DNA of 64,000 nt from Candidatus Lustribacter sp. (GCA_965277805.1 OZ255842.1:3904001-3968000); one strand, 5' to 3'; shown: positions 27,614 through 41,856, counted from the stretch's first letter. The notes: a model not told the origin generated them from the sequence alone. Made by a program: numbers and translations.

Positions 27614-28090
27614 ATGGTATCGTTCGTACACTATGGGTCGCTGGATGTTGCCGTTTCGGCGCGGCGTGATTTTGATTCTGCCGTCAAATATTTGAGCCGG
27701 GATCCGGTCGAGCGCGCATTGTTCGCTCGGCTGGAGAACGGCCGGCAGCATATTACGCTTACGGCCAATCGGAATAACGAAGATTATTACGATCCGAACA
27801 CGCATGCGATCCACTGGGATCCGCATAGCGCGTTGCGCACGAGCCGCGGCGGGACGCAATCGCCGGCGCTCGGGCTCGGGCACGAGGTCGATCACGCGGT
27901 GCACGATGGGCCGCGCGAGTGGGAACGCTCGTCGATTCCGGATGCGCGCTTCGACGATGCGGAGGAACGGCGCGTGATTCTGGGATCGGAGCGGCATGCC
28001 GCGCGCACGCTCGGCGAAGCGGTCCGCAGCGATCACGGCGGCTTCACCTACCGGGTCGACCGGCCGACCGCAATGCCGCTCATCGCATAA
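27614..28090 (+). CDS. Small HExxH zinc metallopeptidase-like protein (M91/effector-like)
   Basis: WDPHSAL, QSPALGLGHEVDHA, EERRVI and downstream E...R...H. Confidence 0.62.
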   Translation: MVSFVHYGSLDVAVSARRDFDSAVKYLSRDPVERALFARLENGRQHITLTANRNNEDYYDPNTHAIHWDPHSALRTSRGGTQSPALGLGHEVDHAVHDGPREWERSSIPDARFDDAEERRVILGSERHAARTLGEAVRSDHGGFTYRVDRPTAMPLIA

Positions 28091-28105
28091 ACCGGCGATA
28101 ACGGC

Positions 28106-28148
28106 TGTCCCTCGACAAGCTCGGGATGACACGGCGCTCGGGATGACA
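28106..28148 (-). repeat. REP-like repeat, copy 3, plus a partial tandem copy
   Basis: TGTCCCTCGACAAGCTCGGGATGACA (28106-28131) followed by GCTCGGGATGACA (28136-28148). Confidence 0.85.
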
Positions 28149-28176
28149 GGGGGAGTGGCGCGCGAATCTGTTGGGA

Positions 28177-28826
28177 ATGTTAGCGCTCATCCTTTCCACG
28201 CTCGTGGCACAGGCCGGTGCGCCGGCCTACCTCTCGTCGTGTGCGCCGCCGCAGCCGATCCGCGTGCTCGCCACCTCGCAAGTGGTCGTCGGCGACAACA
28301 TCCACCCGACCAATCGCCGGACGCGTTTCTTCATCGACATCGGCAGCGACGGAAGTTTCCGGCGCGCGATCATGTACGAATCGTCGGGCGACGCGACGTT
28401 CGATCAAGCCGCACTCGAGGCCGCGCAACGGTTCAAGTTTGCGCCGCCGACGCAAGGCTGCATCAGCACGAGCGCGATCGTCCCGGAAGAGTTCAACGTG
28501 CCGCTGCTCGCGTTCGGACACGCCTCCGGCAACGGGTCGGTGTTGCCGACGCCGCCGCCGGAGGCCGCCGCGATCTGCGGCGATCCGGCGGTTGAAGTCG
28601 CCGGACTCGACATTCCCGATACGCATCAAGCGCCGGGCACGGCGGCAATCGACGTAACGCTCGACGCGAACGCGCACGTGAAGACGGCGAAGCTCGCGAA
28701 GTCGAGTGGAAATGCAAAAACCGACGCCACGGCCGTCGATGAAGCCAAGAGCGCGCAGTTCAAGTTCGACGTCGGACCAGGCTGCCGGCCGAAGCCGGCA
28801 ACCTACCAACTCGAACTAACTTTCCA

Positions 28827-28830
<4 letters not shown>
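28177..28830 (+). CDS. Exported protein with two TonB C-terminal-like domains
   Basis: Signal-like N-terminus. ESSGDATFDQAALEAAQRFKFAP and KSSGNAKTDATAVDEAKSAQF. Confidence 0.75.
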
Positions 28831-31300
<2,470 letters not shown>

Positions 31301-31301
<1 letters not shown>

Positions 31302-31720
31302 CAGGCCAGGGTCCTTTTAACGGTCATGCGGATCTCGGTCCGCACGATCGGGAAGCGATCGCGAGCGCCGAGCGGGAGCTCGATGGTCAGGATGCCGTCG
31401 CGGTAGGTTGCGGACGCGCCGGAATCATCGACCGGCAGCGGCAGGCGAATGCGTTTATAGAACTCGCCGTAGAGAATTTCTTTTTGGAGGATCGACGCCG
31501 AACGGTTCTCGGCGCGGTCGGTGCGGGTGCCCATGATGTAGAGATAGCGCTCGTCGACGGCGACGCGGAGCTCATCGCCGTCGGATCCGGCCAGCTCGAC
31601 GTGAACCACCATCCGTTGCCGCGCTTCGTCGATATACACGTCCGCATTAGGCTCAAAACGCCCGTGGGCACGGACGCCGAACGCACGGTCTACTTCAGCA
31701 AAAAATGGGTCTTGGCGCAC
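31301..31720 (-). CDS. Hsp20/alpha-crystallin small heat-shock protein
   Basis: PNADVY, VELAG, EILYGEFYKRIRLP and ATYRDGILTIELP. Strong AGGAGG RBS. Confidence 0.9.
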
Positions 31721-31742
31721 GGGTCGAGCCTCCTTCCTTCGG

Positions 31743-31769
31743 TTAGCACTCGCCTAAACACAGTGCCAA
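31743..31769. promoter_or_regulatory. CIRCE (HrcA operator) upstream of hsp20-lon
   Basis: TTAGCACTC-N9-CAGTGCCAA against consensus TTAGCACTC-N9-GAGTGCTAA. Confidence 0.85.
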
Positions 31770-31807
31770 GGGGAAAGGGTTTCCGAATTCGGCCCGGGCC
31801 AGGCCGG

Positions 31808-32683
31808 CTACTGTTGCTGCTGTTGGGCTTGGGTCCCGGGCAGGGCCTCCATCGCGACGTTCACCGACATGCTCGCCCGCGATACGCCCTTGTATATGCC
31901 CCGGACCGGGCTGACATCACGGTAATCGCGCCCGACCGCGATCCGGGCGAAGCGGTCGTCGATCAGGGTGCCGTTGGTCGGATCGTAGCCGACCCAACCG
32001 TGGGGCCCGAGGTAGGCCTCGCACCAGGCGTGGGAGGCCTCGGCACCGAGCACCGACCCCTCCTCACCGCTGAACACGTAGCCGCTGACGTACCGTGCCG
32101 GAATCCCATAGTAGCGGCAAAGCGCAACCAGAATGTGCGCGAAGTCTTGGCAAACGCCCGCTCGAGCACGGATCGATTCATCGATCGTCGTTTGAACGCT
32201 GGTCGCCTCGCGGTCGTAGCTGAAGCGGTGATTGATGGTCGCACCGGCGTGCAGAAACCACGCGACGAGGTCGTCGCGCCCCGGATCGCCGACCTCACCG
32301 GCAAATGCGCGCAATTCCGGACCGAACGTAACGTACTGACTCTCATGCAATTCGTCGTAGAGCCAGCGTACGTTGGGATCGCCGGCTAACTGATCCTTCG
32401 TGACGGGACTTGGTGCCGGCGGATTCGCCGGGCGTACGGTGATCACCGATGACCGCGCGACGATCGAGAGCACGTCGTGATCGGGCAGCACCGCGAAATG
32501 CTGTACGTCATTGCCGAATCGGTCGGTATACGAAAACACGCGGGCGCGCGGCGCAACGTTCAATTCGTACTTCGTGCAGTATTGAGACGAGTCGCTGCGC
32601 GGCCGCAAACGCACGATGCTATAACTCTCGTGAATCTTGCCGGGATAGCGATATGTGGTCTGGTGCAGGATCGTAAATTCCAC
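31808..32683 (-). CDS. Transglutaminase-like protein (Bact_transglu_N plus core)
   Basis: HQTTYRY, DRFGN, triad motifs GVCQDFAH, ASHAWCE and GYDPTN, and GRDYRDVSP. Ends in QQQQQ. Confidence 0.92.
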   Translation of the reverse strand: MEFTILHQTTYRYPGKIHESYSIVRLRPRSDSSQYCTKYELNVAPRARVFSYTDRFGNDVQHFAVLPDHDVLSIVARSSVITVRPANPPAPSPVTKDQLAGDPNVRWLYDELHESQYVTFGPELRAFAGEVGDPGRDDLVAWFLHAGATINHRFSYDREATSVQTTIDESIRARAGVCQDFAHILVALCRYYGIPARYVSGYVFSGEEGSVLGAEASHAWCEAYLGPHGWVGYDPTNGTLIDDRFARIAVGRDYRDVSPVRGIYKGVSRASMSVNVAMEALPGTQAQQQQQ

Positions 32684-32804
32684 GATATCAGCCTCCTGGG
32701 CTGTAAGGGCGCGCTACCGTACCGACATGAGATGTATTGCTACGTACCATTTGTTCAATGCTCCGACGGTACTTTTGCCGTCGGCGCCGTTGTAGAGGCA
32801 CTCC

Positions 32805-33536
32805 ATCTCTAAATCTTCCGGAAACACTCTCCTCGACGCGATGACGAACGAGGACTTTGCAGCGATTTCCAACCAGTTGGAGACCGTTCAGTTGAGCGTC
32901 CGGCAAACGCTCTACGACGACGGCTCGCCCGCCAACGACGTATACTTTCCGATCGATTGCGTAATCTCGGTCGTGACCACGATGAACGACGGCTCGGCGA
33001 TCGAGACCGCGACGGTCGGCTATGAGGGCATGTGCGGGGCGCAGGTTGCGCTCGGTACGAAAGACACGTTCGGGCGCTGGTTCTGTCAGATTCCCGGCCG
33101 AGCGTACAAGATGACCGTGGCCGACTTTTTGCGCGGCTACGAACGCGACGAACGCTGGCGGCTCGCCGTCGGCCGCTATCTGCAAGCCGTGATCGACGTC
33201 CTCTCGCAGTCGGTGGCCTGCAATCGCCTGCACCTGGTCAGCGAACGCTGTGCGCGTTGGCTCTTGATGAGCGCCGACCGCGTCCATTCGGCCGACTTTC
33301 CGCTCACGCACGAAGCGCTGGCCACGATGCTGGGCGTCCGCCGCGCCGGAGTCAGCGTCGCGGCGGCGGCGCTGCAAGCTGCCGGCTACCTGAGCTATCG
33401 CCGCGGCCGATTTCACATCAACGATTCGGCGGGACTCGAGTCGGCAGCATGCGAGTGTTATGCCGTCACGCGCGCTATCTACGATCGCCGTTTGCTGACC
33501 CAGCCTGCCATCGGCACCGACGGCGTACGTCCGTAG
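32805..33536 (+). CDS. Crp/Fnr family transcriptional regulator (start ATC 32805 or ATG 32841)
   Basis: VYFP, ATVGYEG, QSVACNRLH, ERCARWLL and the HTH LTHEALATMLGVRRAGVS. Confidence 0.9.
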   Translation: MSKSSGNTLLDAMTNEDFAAISNQLETVQLSVRQTLYDDGSPANDVYFPIDCVISVVTTMNDGSAIETATVGYEGMCGAQVALGTKDTFGRWFCQIPGRAYKMTVADFLRGYERDERWRLAVGRYLQAVIDVLSQSVACNRLHLVSERCARWLLMSADRVHSADFPLTHEALATMLGVRRAGVSVAAAALQAAGYLSYRRGRFHINDSAGLESAACECYAVTRAIYDRRLLTQPAIGTDGVRP

Positions 33537-33537
33537 A

Positions 33538-34476
33538 CTACCCAACCGGCACCCGCGGGAAATAACTCGACTGGATCGACGAGCCGATGGCGTCGGCGCG
33601 TTCGGCAAATCGCGCCGCAAAACGATCTCCGCCTTCATCGAGAATCTCGCCGATTTGCACGAAGTCCAGCATCGCCTGCAGCCGTCCGGTCACCCGCTCG
33701 GCTTCGTTGGAATAGGCACCCATCGCGGTTTCTGAAATGCGGTGTAATGCCCGGTCGACTTCGTGCGTGCAGAAGCGAATCGAACGCGGAAAACTGCGGT
33801 GCAAGAAGAGAAAGGCGAGCGCCTCGTTGGGATCGGACGAAAGCCGCTGGGCCTTGGCAAACGGTTCGCTCGCGCAGCACATCTCGAGCAGCCGCTGCCA
33901 CTCGTGCGCCGAATCGTCGCTGAAGTCGTGATTGCGCAGGATGCGCGCGGTCATCGCGGCCCGCTCCAGATAGCGGCCGATCTGCAAGAAATTCCATTCG
34001 TCATCGTGCGAGACCGTCGCGTCGACGATTCCGCCGAAGGCTTGCGCGGTATCGCGAACGCTGCGCAAGAACGATGACGGCCCTTCGCGCGCGACCGACC
34101 GCGGAGATTGCGCTTCAACGAAGAGATAGAGGCCGTTGAGGCATTCCCACACTTCGGTCGACAGCTCGGCCCGCACGCTGAGCGCGTTCGAGCGCGCGAT
34201 GCGGATGCACGACACGATCGAGGTGCGATACTCGGTCGAAAACGTGCAGCGTTCGAACGCCGCCGACGCGAGCGACGCGCCTTCGAGCAATTCGACGTCG
34301 GCGGAAATGCCCGCCATGTCGAACACGCTGCGCCAAATGCGCGCTGCGCGTTCGCGGCCGGCCGCATTGCGGTCGACGGTGCGGTTGTAGTTCACGTCGA
34401 GAATACGCGCCAGCGTTTCCGCGCGTTCGACGTTGCGGCTCATCCAGTACAGTGATTCTGCAACGCGAGATAGCAC
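33538..34476 (-). CDS. Alpha-E domain protein (DUF403)
   Basis: LSRVAESLYWMSRNVERAE, ARSNALSVRAELSTEVW, GRYLERA and FPRSIRF. Confidence 0.92.
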   Translation of the reverse strand: MLSRVAESLYWMSRNVERAETLARILDVNYNRTVDRNAAGRERAARIWRSVFDMAGISADVELLEGASLASAAFERCTFSTEYRTSIVSCIRIARSNALSVRAELSTEVWECLNGLYLFVEAQSPRSVAREGPSSFLRSVRDTAQAFGGIVDATVSHDDEWNFLQIGRYLERAAMTARILRNHDFSDDSAHEWQRLLEMCCASEPFAKAQRLSSDPNEALAFLFLHRSFPRSIRFCTHEVDRALHRISETAMGAYSNEAERVTGRLQAMLDFVQIGEILDEGGDRFAARFAERADAIGSSIQSSYFPRVPVG

Positions 34477-34478
34477 GT

Positions 34479-35918
34479 CTAGTCGTCCAAGACCCAGGTG
34501 TCTTTGCTGCCGCCGCCCTGCGAGGAATTCACGACCAGCGAGCCTTCGGTCAACGCCACGCGCGTCAACGCGGTCGGCGGAACGTCGACCTGATCGCCCA
34601 ACAGTACGAACGGCCGCAGATCGATGTGACGCGGCGCGAGCGTCTCGCCCACGATCGTCGGATGACATGAGAGCGGGATGATCGGCTGGGCGATGAAGTC
34701 GCGCGGCGAAGCCTCGATCGCTTCTTTGAAGCGCGCGCGCTCGGCCGCGGACGCGAACGGGCCCATCAGCATGCCGTACCCGCCGGATTGGTTGGTATTC
34801 TTCACCACCAGCTCGTCGAGGTGCGAGGTCACGTGCCGCCGCTGCAAGTCGTCCGTGCAATCGTAGGTCGGAACGTTCGGCAGAATCGGCTCTTCGCCCA
34901 AGTAAAAGCGAATGATCTCGGGCACGAACGGGTAGATCGCCTTGTCGTCGGCGACGCCGGTGCCGACCGCGTTCGCGATCCCGACGGCGCCCGCGCGGTA
35001 CGCGTTCATCAAGCCGGCCACGCCGAGCGTCGAGTCAGCCTTGAACACGAGCGGATCCAAATAGTCGTCATCGATGCGGCGATAGATTACATCGACGCGT
35101 TGAAGGCCCTTGGTCGTCTTCATGTAGACGACGTTGTCGTGCACGAGCAGATCGCTGCCCTCGACGAGCTCGACGCCCATGCGACGCGCAAGCACGGTGT
35201 GTTCGAAGTAGGCGGAGTTGTAGATGCCGGGCGTCAGCAGCACGACCGTCGGATCGCTGATCCCCGCCGGTGCGGAATGCCGCAACGCATCGAGCAGCCG
35301 CCGCGGGTAGTCGTCAACGGGCAGCGGCTGGTAGTGTTCGAACAGCCGCGGAAACGAACGCTTGAGCACGTCGCGGTTCTCGAGCACGTACGAAATCCCG
35401 GACGGCGTGCGCAAGTTGTCTTCGAGCACGTAATAGGTGCCGTCGCGGCCGCGGATCAGATCGCAGCCCGAGACGTGAATGTACACGTCGCGCGGCACGC
35501 GGAAGCCGATCATCTCGCGGTTGAAGAACTTCGATGAGAACACCATCTCCGCGGAGATGCGGCCCTCGTGCAGAATTCGCTGCGGCCCGTAGATGTCGCC
35601 GAGAAAGGCGTTGAGCGCCATCACGCGCTGCGCGATGCCGCGTTTGATCAGCGCCCACTCGTTGCCCGGAACGATGCGCGGAATCAGATCGAAGGGCAGG
35701 ATACGCTCGGTTCCACGGCTGTCGGAGTAGACGGTGAACGTAACGCCGCGCTGCAAGAGCACCGAGTTGACGAGGTCGACCCGGTGCCGGAATTCGGCGA
35801 TGTCGATCGAGCGCAGGGTGGCCGCGAGGCCCGCATAGTGGGCCCGCGGCACGCCGAGTTCGTCGGCAAATTCGTCGAAGAAATCGACTAGCGGGTACTC
35901 ATCGAGCAAGGGCTGCAT
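34479..35918 (-). CDS. Circularly permuted type 2 ATP-grasp protein
   Basis: GVTFTVY, PFDLIPR, LEDNLRTPSGISY, NSAYFEH, YRRIDDDYLDP and VVNSSQGGGSKDTWV. Confidence 0.94.
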   Translation of the reverse strand: MQPLLDEYPLVDFFDEFADELGVPRAHYAGLAATLRSIDIAEFRHRVDLVNSVLLQRGVTFTVYSDSRGTERILPFDLIPRIVPGNEWALIKRGIAQRVMALNAFLGDIYGPQRILHEGRISAEMVFSSKFFNREMIGFRVPRDVYIHVSGCDLIRGRDGTYYVLEDNLRTPSGISYVLENRDVLKRSFPRLFEHYQPLPVDDYPRRLLDALRHSAPAGISDPTVVLLTPGIYNSAYFEHTVLARRMGVELVEGSDLLVHDNVVYMKTTKGLQRVDVIYRRIDDDYLDPLVFKADSTLGVAGLMNAYRAGAVGIANAVGTGVADDKAIYPFVPEIIRFYLGEEPILPNVPTYDCTDDLQRRHVTSHLDELVVKNTNQSGGYGMLMGPFASAAERARFKEAIEASPRDFIAQPIIPLSCHPTIVGETLAPRHIDLRPFVLLGDQVDVPPTALTRVALTEGSLVVNSSQGGGSKDTWVLDD

Positions 35919-36080
35919 TGACCACAGGTTCCTCCCGAGGCGCGGACCCTCACTTGGCCCACTGGACAACGCTCCCCGGGCGGCCCTTCATCCACACCAT
36001 CCACAGGCGCGTGTGCAGGATAACCTTCCCATAAGGCAGCCCGAAGCAACCCGGCGGCCTTGCAGGCGGTCCAAGCCAGC

Positions 36081-37196
36081 GTGTCCGCCTACGATGTCTT
36101 AGTCGTGGGCGCCGGCCTTGCAGGCAGCACGATCGCCGAGCGGTGTGCAAGCGAGTTCGGCGCGAACGTCTTGCTGATCGACCGACGCCCCCACCTGGCC
36201 GGTAACTGCCACGACCCCGTCGACGCGGACGGCTTGCAGTACCATCAGTACGGCCCCCACGTCTTCCACACCAACTCCGAGGACGTCATCGACTACCTGG
36301 GCGCGTTCACGGCCTGGCGCCCCTACGAGCATCGCGTGCTGGCGAACGTCGACGGACGGCTGCTGCCGATCCCGATCAACCGGACGACGATCAACGCGCT
36401 CTACGGCCTCTCGCTCGATGAAGCCGGCGTAACGGCGTTTCTCGAGCGGGTCGCCGAGCCGTGCAGCGCGATCCGCACCTCGGAGGACGTGATCGTCTCG
36501 CGTATCGGACGCGAACTCTACGAGCGTTTCTTCGCCGGCTATACGCGCAAGCATTGGGGCCTCGACCCCTCGGCACTCGACGCGAGCGTCTGCGGGCGCA
36601 TCCCGACCCGCACCAACACCGACGACCGCTACTTCACCGACCGTTTTCAGCTGATGCCGGCAGACGGGTATACCGCGATGGTGGAGCGCATGACGAACCA
36701 CCCGCGCATCGAGCGCGTGCTCGGCGTCGACTACGTCGAGATCGCCGACCGCGCGCATTTCCGTCATGTCGTGTTCACCGGGCCGATCGACGCGTATTTC
36801 GAACACCGCTTCGGCAAGCTCCCATATCGCTCGCTGCGCTTCGAATTCGAGACGCACGATGTGGAGCGGTATCAGAACGCCGGCTGCATCAACGAACCGT
36901 CGGAAGACGTGCCGTACTTACGCACGACGGAATATAAGCACCTCACCGGGCAGCGTCATGCGAAGACGATCATCTCGCGTGAGTATCCGAGCGACGAAGG
37001 CGAGCCGTACTATCCGATCCCCGCGCCCGAAAGCCGCGAGCAGTATCGCAAGTACGCGCTGCTCGCGCAACGCACGCGCGGCGTGACGTTCGTCGGCCGG
37101 CTAGCGGAGTATCGCTACTACAACATGGATCAGGCGGTGGCGTCGGCGTTGCGTACGGCCGAGGATCTGGTCGGAGTCGTGCGCGCCGCGTCTTAG
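36081..37196 (+). CDS. glf: UDP-galactopyranose mutase
   Basis: VGAGLAG, HQYGPHVFHT, GYTRKHWG, LPYRSL, PYYP and GRLAEYRYYNMDQ. Confidence 0.94.
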   Translation: MSAYDVLVVGAGLAGSTIAERCASEFGANVLLIDRRPHLAGNCHDPVDADGLQYHQYGPHVFHTNSEDVIDYLGAFTAWRPYEHRVLANVDGRLLPIPINRTTINALYGLSLDEAGVTAFLERVAEPCSAIRTSEDVIVSRIGRELYERFFAGYTRKHWGLDPSALDASVCGRIPTRTNTDDRYFTDRFQLMPADGYTAMVERMTNHPRIERVLGVDYVEIADRAHFRHVVFTGPIDAYFEHRFGKLPYRSLRFEFETHDVERYQNAGCINEPSEDVPYLRTTEYKHLTGQRHAKTIISREYPSDEGEPYYPIPAPESREQYRKYALLAQRTRGVTFVGRLAEYRYYNMDQAVASALRTAEDLVGVVRAAS

Positions 37197-37546
37197 AGCA
37201 GATTGTCCAGTTTGCGCAGGCGGTGCGTGATGATCTTCATGATGCGCAGCGCGAAGGACGGATCGTTGCGGGTGAGCTGGTAGAAACGCGTTTGGTCGAT
37301 GACGACGACCTTGACGTCGGTTTTGGCGTACGCTTCGGCGCTGCGCTCGAGATCATCGATGATGGCCATCTCGCCGAAGACGCTGCCGGTGCCGACCATT
37401 TCGAGCAGCTTGCCGCGCAGCACGATTTCGACCTCGCCCGAAGTCACGATGTACATGACTTCACCATGATCGCCGGTCTTGAAGAAGCGGTGGCCGCTCG
37501 GGAAAAACTGCGTGACGTCGTCACTTACGGTCTGAAGATCAACCAC
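37193..37546 (-). CDS. Stand-alone cyclic-nucleotide-binding domain protein
   Basis: GDHGEVMYIVTSGEV and FGEMAII...RSAEA. AAGGAG precedes the GTG at 37546. Confidence 0.87.
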   Translation of the reverse strand: MVDLQTVSDDVTQFFPSGHRFFKTGDHGEVMYIVTSGEVEIVLRGKLLEMVGTGSVFGEMAIIDDLERSAEAYAKTDVKVVVIDQTRFYQLTRNDPSFALRIMKIITHRLRKLDNLL

Positions 37547-37681
37547 GCGGCTCTCCTTTCTTCTGCGCTCTCCAAAGTAAGCTACGCAGCGGACGTGCTT
37601 TCCTGGGCCTAAAAGTAAAGGCGCCGTAAGGGTGGGGACGACGGAATATTTCTTCGCCGGGTTTGTGGGTACAAGGTGCTC

Positions 37682-39076
37682 GTGAGCGCGTCTGTACCCG
37701 TCGTGATTTGCGGCGCCGGTCCAACCGGCATGAGCCTCGCGCTCGAGCTGGCGCGCTTCGACGTCCCGTTTCGTATCATCGACAAAGCGCCGGCCGGCGC
37801 CGAACATTCGCAGGCGCTGGGCGTTCAGGCTCGCACGCTGGAGCTGCTCGAGGCCGCGCACATCACCGATCGGCTCCTCAATTACGCGCAGCGCGTCGAA
37901 CACGTGCGGATTGCCGCCGGCACGCGGCCGCTGATCGAGACGGATTTCAGCGACTTGCCGACGGCGTATCCGTTCCTCGCGATGATTCCGCAGACCGACA
38001 CCGAGCGCGTGATGCGCGAGGCGCTCGAAGCGATCGGCGTGACGATCGAACGCGGCGTGACGCTCACCGCCATCTCGCAAGATGCTGAGAGCGTCGTCCT
38101 CGACCTTGCCGGAGCCTCGGGCATCGAACGCGTCAATACGCGTTTTCTGGCCGCGTGCGACGGCGCGCACAGCACCGTGCGCCACCTGCTCGATCTGCCG
38201 TTCACCGGCCACGCGCTACCGGAGCGCTTCGCGCTGGCCGACGTCCGCCTCGACACCGAGCTCACGCCCGACACGCTGCACGTGCACCTTGCGCCCGACG
38301 GGGGCGCGACCGCGCTCTTTCCGCTGCGTGACCGCTGGCGCATCATCGTCGAATCGCCGCAGGGGCTGCCCGACCCGCCCGAAGCCGCGGCCTTCGATGC
38401 GGCGCTGACCGCCCAGGCGTTTCCGGCGCGCATTCGCGAGACGATGTGGATGGCGAACTACCACGTGCATCAGCGAAGGGTCGAGCGCCTGCGTGCGGGC
38501 AACGCGTTCTTGCTCGGCGACGCCGCGCACATCCACTCGCCGATCGGCGGCCAGGGCATGAACAGCGGCATCGGCGATGCCGTGAACCTCGGCTGGAAAC
38601 TCGCGCTCGTGGTCCGCGACAACGTGCCGCCGGCGCTGCTCGACACCTACGCTGAAGAACGCGGAGCGGTCGGCCGCGCGCTGCTCGCGGCGACGGATTA
38701 CGGCAACCGGCTCGCGTTCAACGCCAACACGATGGTGCGGGCCTTACGCAACGCGGTGCTGCCGGTCGCCTCGCATCTGCCGCTGGTGCGCGACCGCTTG
38801 CGCGAGAACGTCGCGCAGCTGCGCATCGCCTACCCGCACAGCCCGCTGTCGGTGAACGGCGCACCTGCGCGGCGCGGTCTGCGCGCCGGCATGCGCGTGC
38901 GCGGGGCGCGGCCCGCGAGTTACCGCCCGCAGACGATCGTCATGCACCCGCACGATCAGCAGGCCGCGATCACGCTCGTGCTGCGTCCCGACGGGTACGC
39001 CGGTTACGTCTCCGACGGCGCGCACGCACACGGCGCGGTCACCTACTTGCGCAACGTGATCGGCCTGCGCAGCTAG
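37682..39076 (+). CDS. FAD-dependent monooxygenase (FAD_binding_3)
   Basis: GAGPTG, ACDGAHSTVR, GDAAHIHSPIGGQGMNSG and LRPDGY. Confidence 0.9.
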   Translation: MSASVPVVICGAGPTGMSLALELARFDVPFRIIDKAPAGAEHSQALGVQARTLELLEAAHITDRLLNYAQRVEHVRIAAGTRPLIETDFSDLPTAYPFLAMIPQTDTERVMREALEAIGVTIERGVTLTAISQDAESVVLDLAGASGIERVNTRFLAACDGAHSTVRHLLDLPFTGHALPERFALADVRLDTELTPDTLHVHLAPDGGATALFPLRDRWRIIVESPQGLPDPPEAAAFDAALTAQAFPARIRETMWMANYHVHQRRVERLRAGNAFLLGDAAHIHSPIGGQGMNSGIGDAVNLGWKLALVVRDNVPPALLDTYAEERGAVGRALLAATDYGNRLAFNANTMVRALRNAVLPVASHLPLVRDRLRENVAQLRIAYPHSPLSVNGAPARRGLRAGMRVRGARPASYRPQTIVMHPHDQQAAITLVLRPDGYAGYVSDGAHAHGAVTYLRNVIGLRS

Positions 39077-39077
39077 A

Positions 39078-39698
39078 TCAGCTACCGGCTTCGATGATCG
39101 CGTCAAGGACGGGGCGGTCGGACCCGCGCAGAAAATCTGCCAGCGCCGAGCTAATCGTGATCCGTTCGGGCCGCGCGGATGCGGCGAGCTGGAAGCCGGT
39201 GTCGATGTTGGGCCCGAGGAAATCCAAGATCTGATTTTCGCGGTCGTGGAACATCTGGTCGCCGGTCAGCAATTCGCGCTTTTCCAGTTCGGCCACGAGC
39301 TCGGCCATCTTCGGCGGCACGTTCTCCGCAAACGACAGCACCGGCGCGATCCACGCCAAGGCGCGGATCGAGATGTATTCGGTCGCTGCGGCGTACTTCG
39401 CGCTCGCGCCGAACTCGTTCATCAACGCGCCGAGCGTCCGGTCGATGGCGCGGATGCTATGTTCCACTTGATACGCCGTTTCGATGCGCTGATAGAACAG
39501 CACCTCATCGCCCTGATACTTCCAGACGACCGCGTTCTCGACACCGCGGCTCGTGATGTGGCGCCGGCACTCGCTATGGAAGAAGCGGAAGAGCTCGACC
39601 CAGTGGAAGCGTTCGAACTTCTGGGCCTTGAGCCGGCTCGAGCCGACGAGATCGAATGAGAAAAACAGATAAACGTCGACCCGAGAATTCGCTTCCAA
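39078..39698 (-). CDS. Hypothetical protein with a class III nucleotidyl-cyclase-like fold
   Basis: SFDLVGSS, WKYQGDEVLF and DFLGPNIDTGFQLA parallel the two metal-binding Asp motifs and the late G-x-x-(V/I)-(N/D) segment of cyclases. GGAGGAGG RBS. Confidence 0.55.
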   Translation of the reverse strand: MEANSRVDVYLFFSFDLVGSSRLKAQKFERFHWVELFRFFHSECRRHITSRGVENAVVWKYQGDEVLFYQRIETAYQVEHSIRAIDRTLGALMNEFGASAKYAAATEYISIRALAWIAPVLSFAENVPPKMAELVAELEKRELLTGDQMFHDRENQILDFLGPNIDTGFQLAASARPERITISSALADFLRGSDRPVLDAIIEAGS

Positions 39699-39795
39699 CC
39701 ATCCCCTCCTCCCGGGCTACTATACCGAAATACGAGCGCACCCATGTGTGATCCCGCGCAGATAACCCCGTTAAGACAAAGAAAAGCAAATGCAT

Positions 39796-39827
39796 AGAAA
39801 AAGGCGCCCCGCTTTACGGAGCGCCTT
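39796..39827 (-). terminator. Intrinsic terminator of groESL
   Basis: Minus strand AAGGCGCTCCG-TAAAG-CGGGGCGCCTT followed by TTTCT. Confidence 0.8.
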
Positions 39828-39873
39828 CCCATCACGGATGATGGATAGAAATTGCCGTAGGGCAATTCTATCC

Positions 39874-41834
<1,961 letters not shown>

Positions 41835-41856
41835 GAAAAACTCCTCCAAACAATTG

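Noticed and set aside
37547-37681. c-di-GMP riboswitch in the divergent intergenic region
   Set aside because: Only a GGCCTAAA fragment resembles the motif. The GCAAA/GAAA stem architecture is not evident.
37193-39698. Pycsar defence system (cyclase plus cNMP-binding effector)
   Set aside because: The genes are separated by an opposite-strand monooxygenase, and the cNMP protein has no TM or TIR effector domain.
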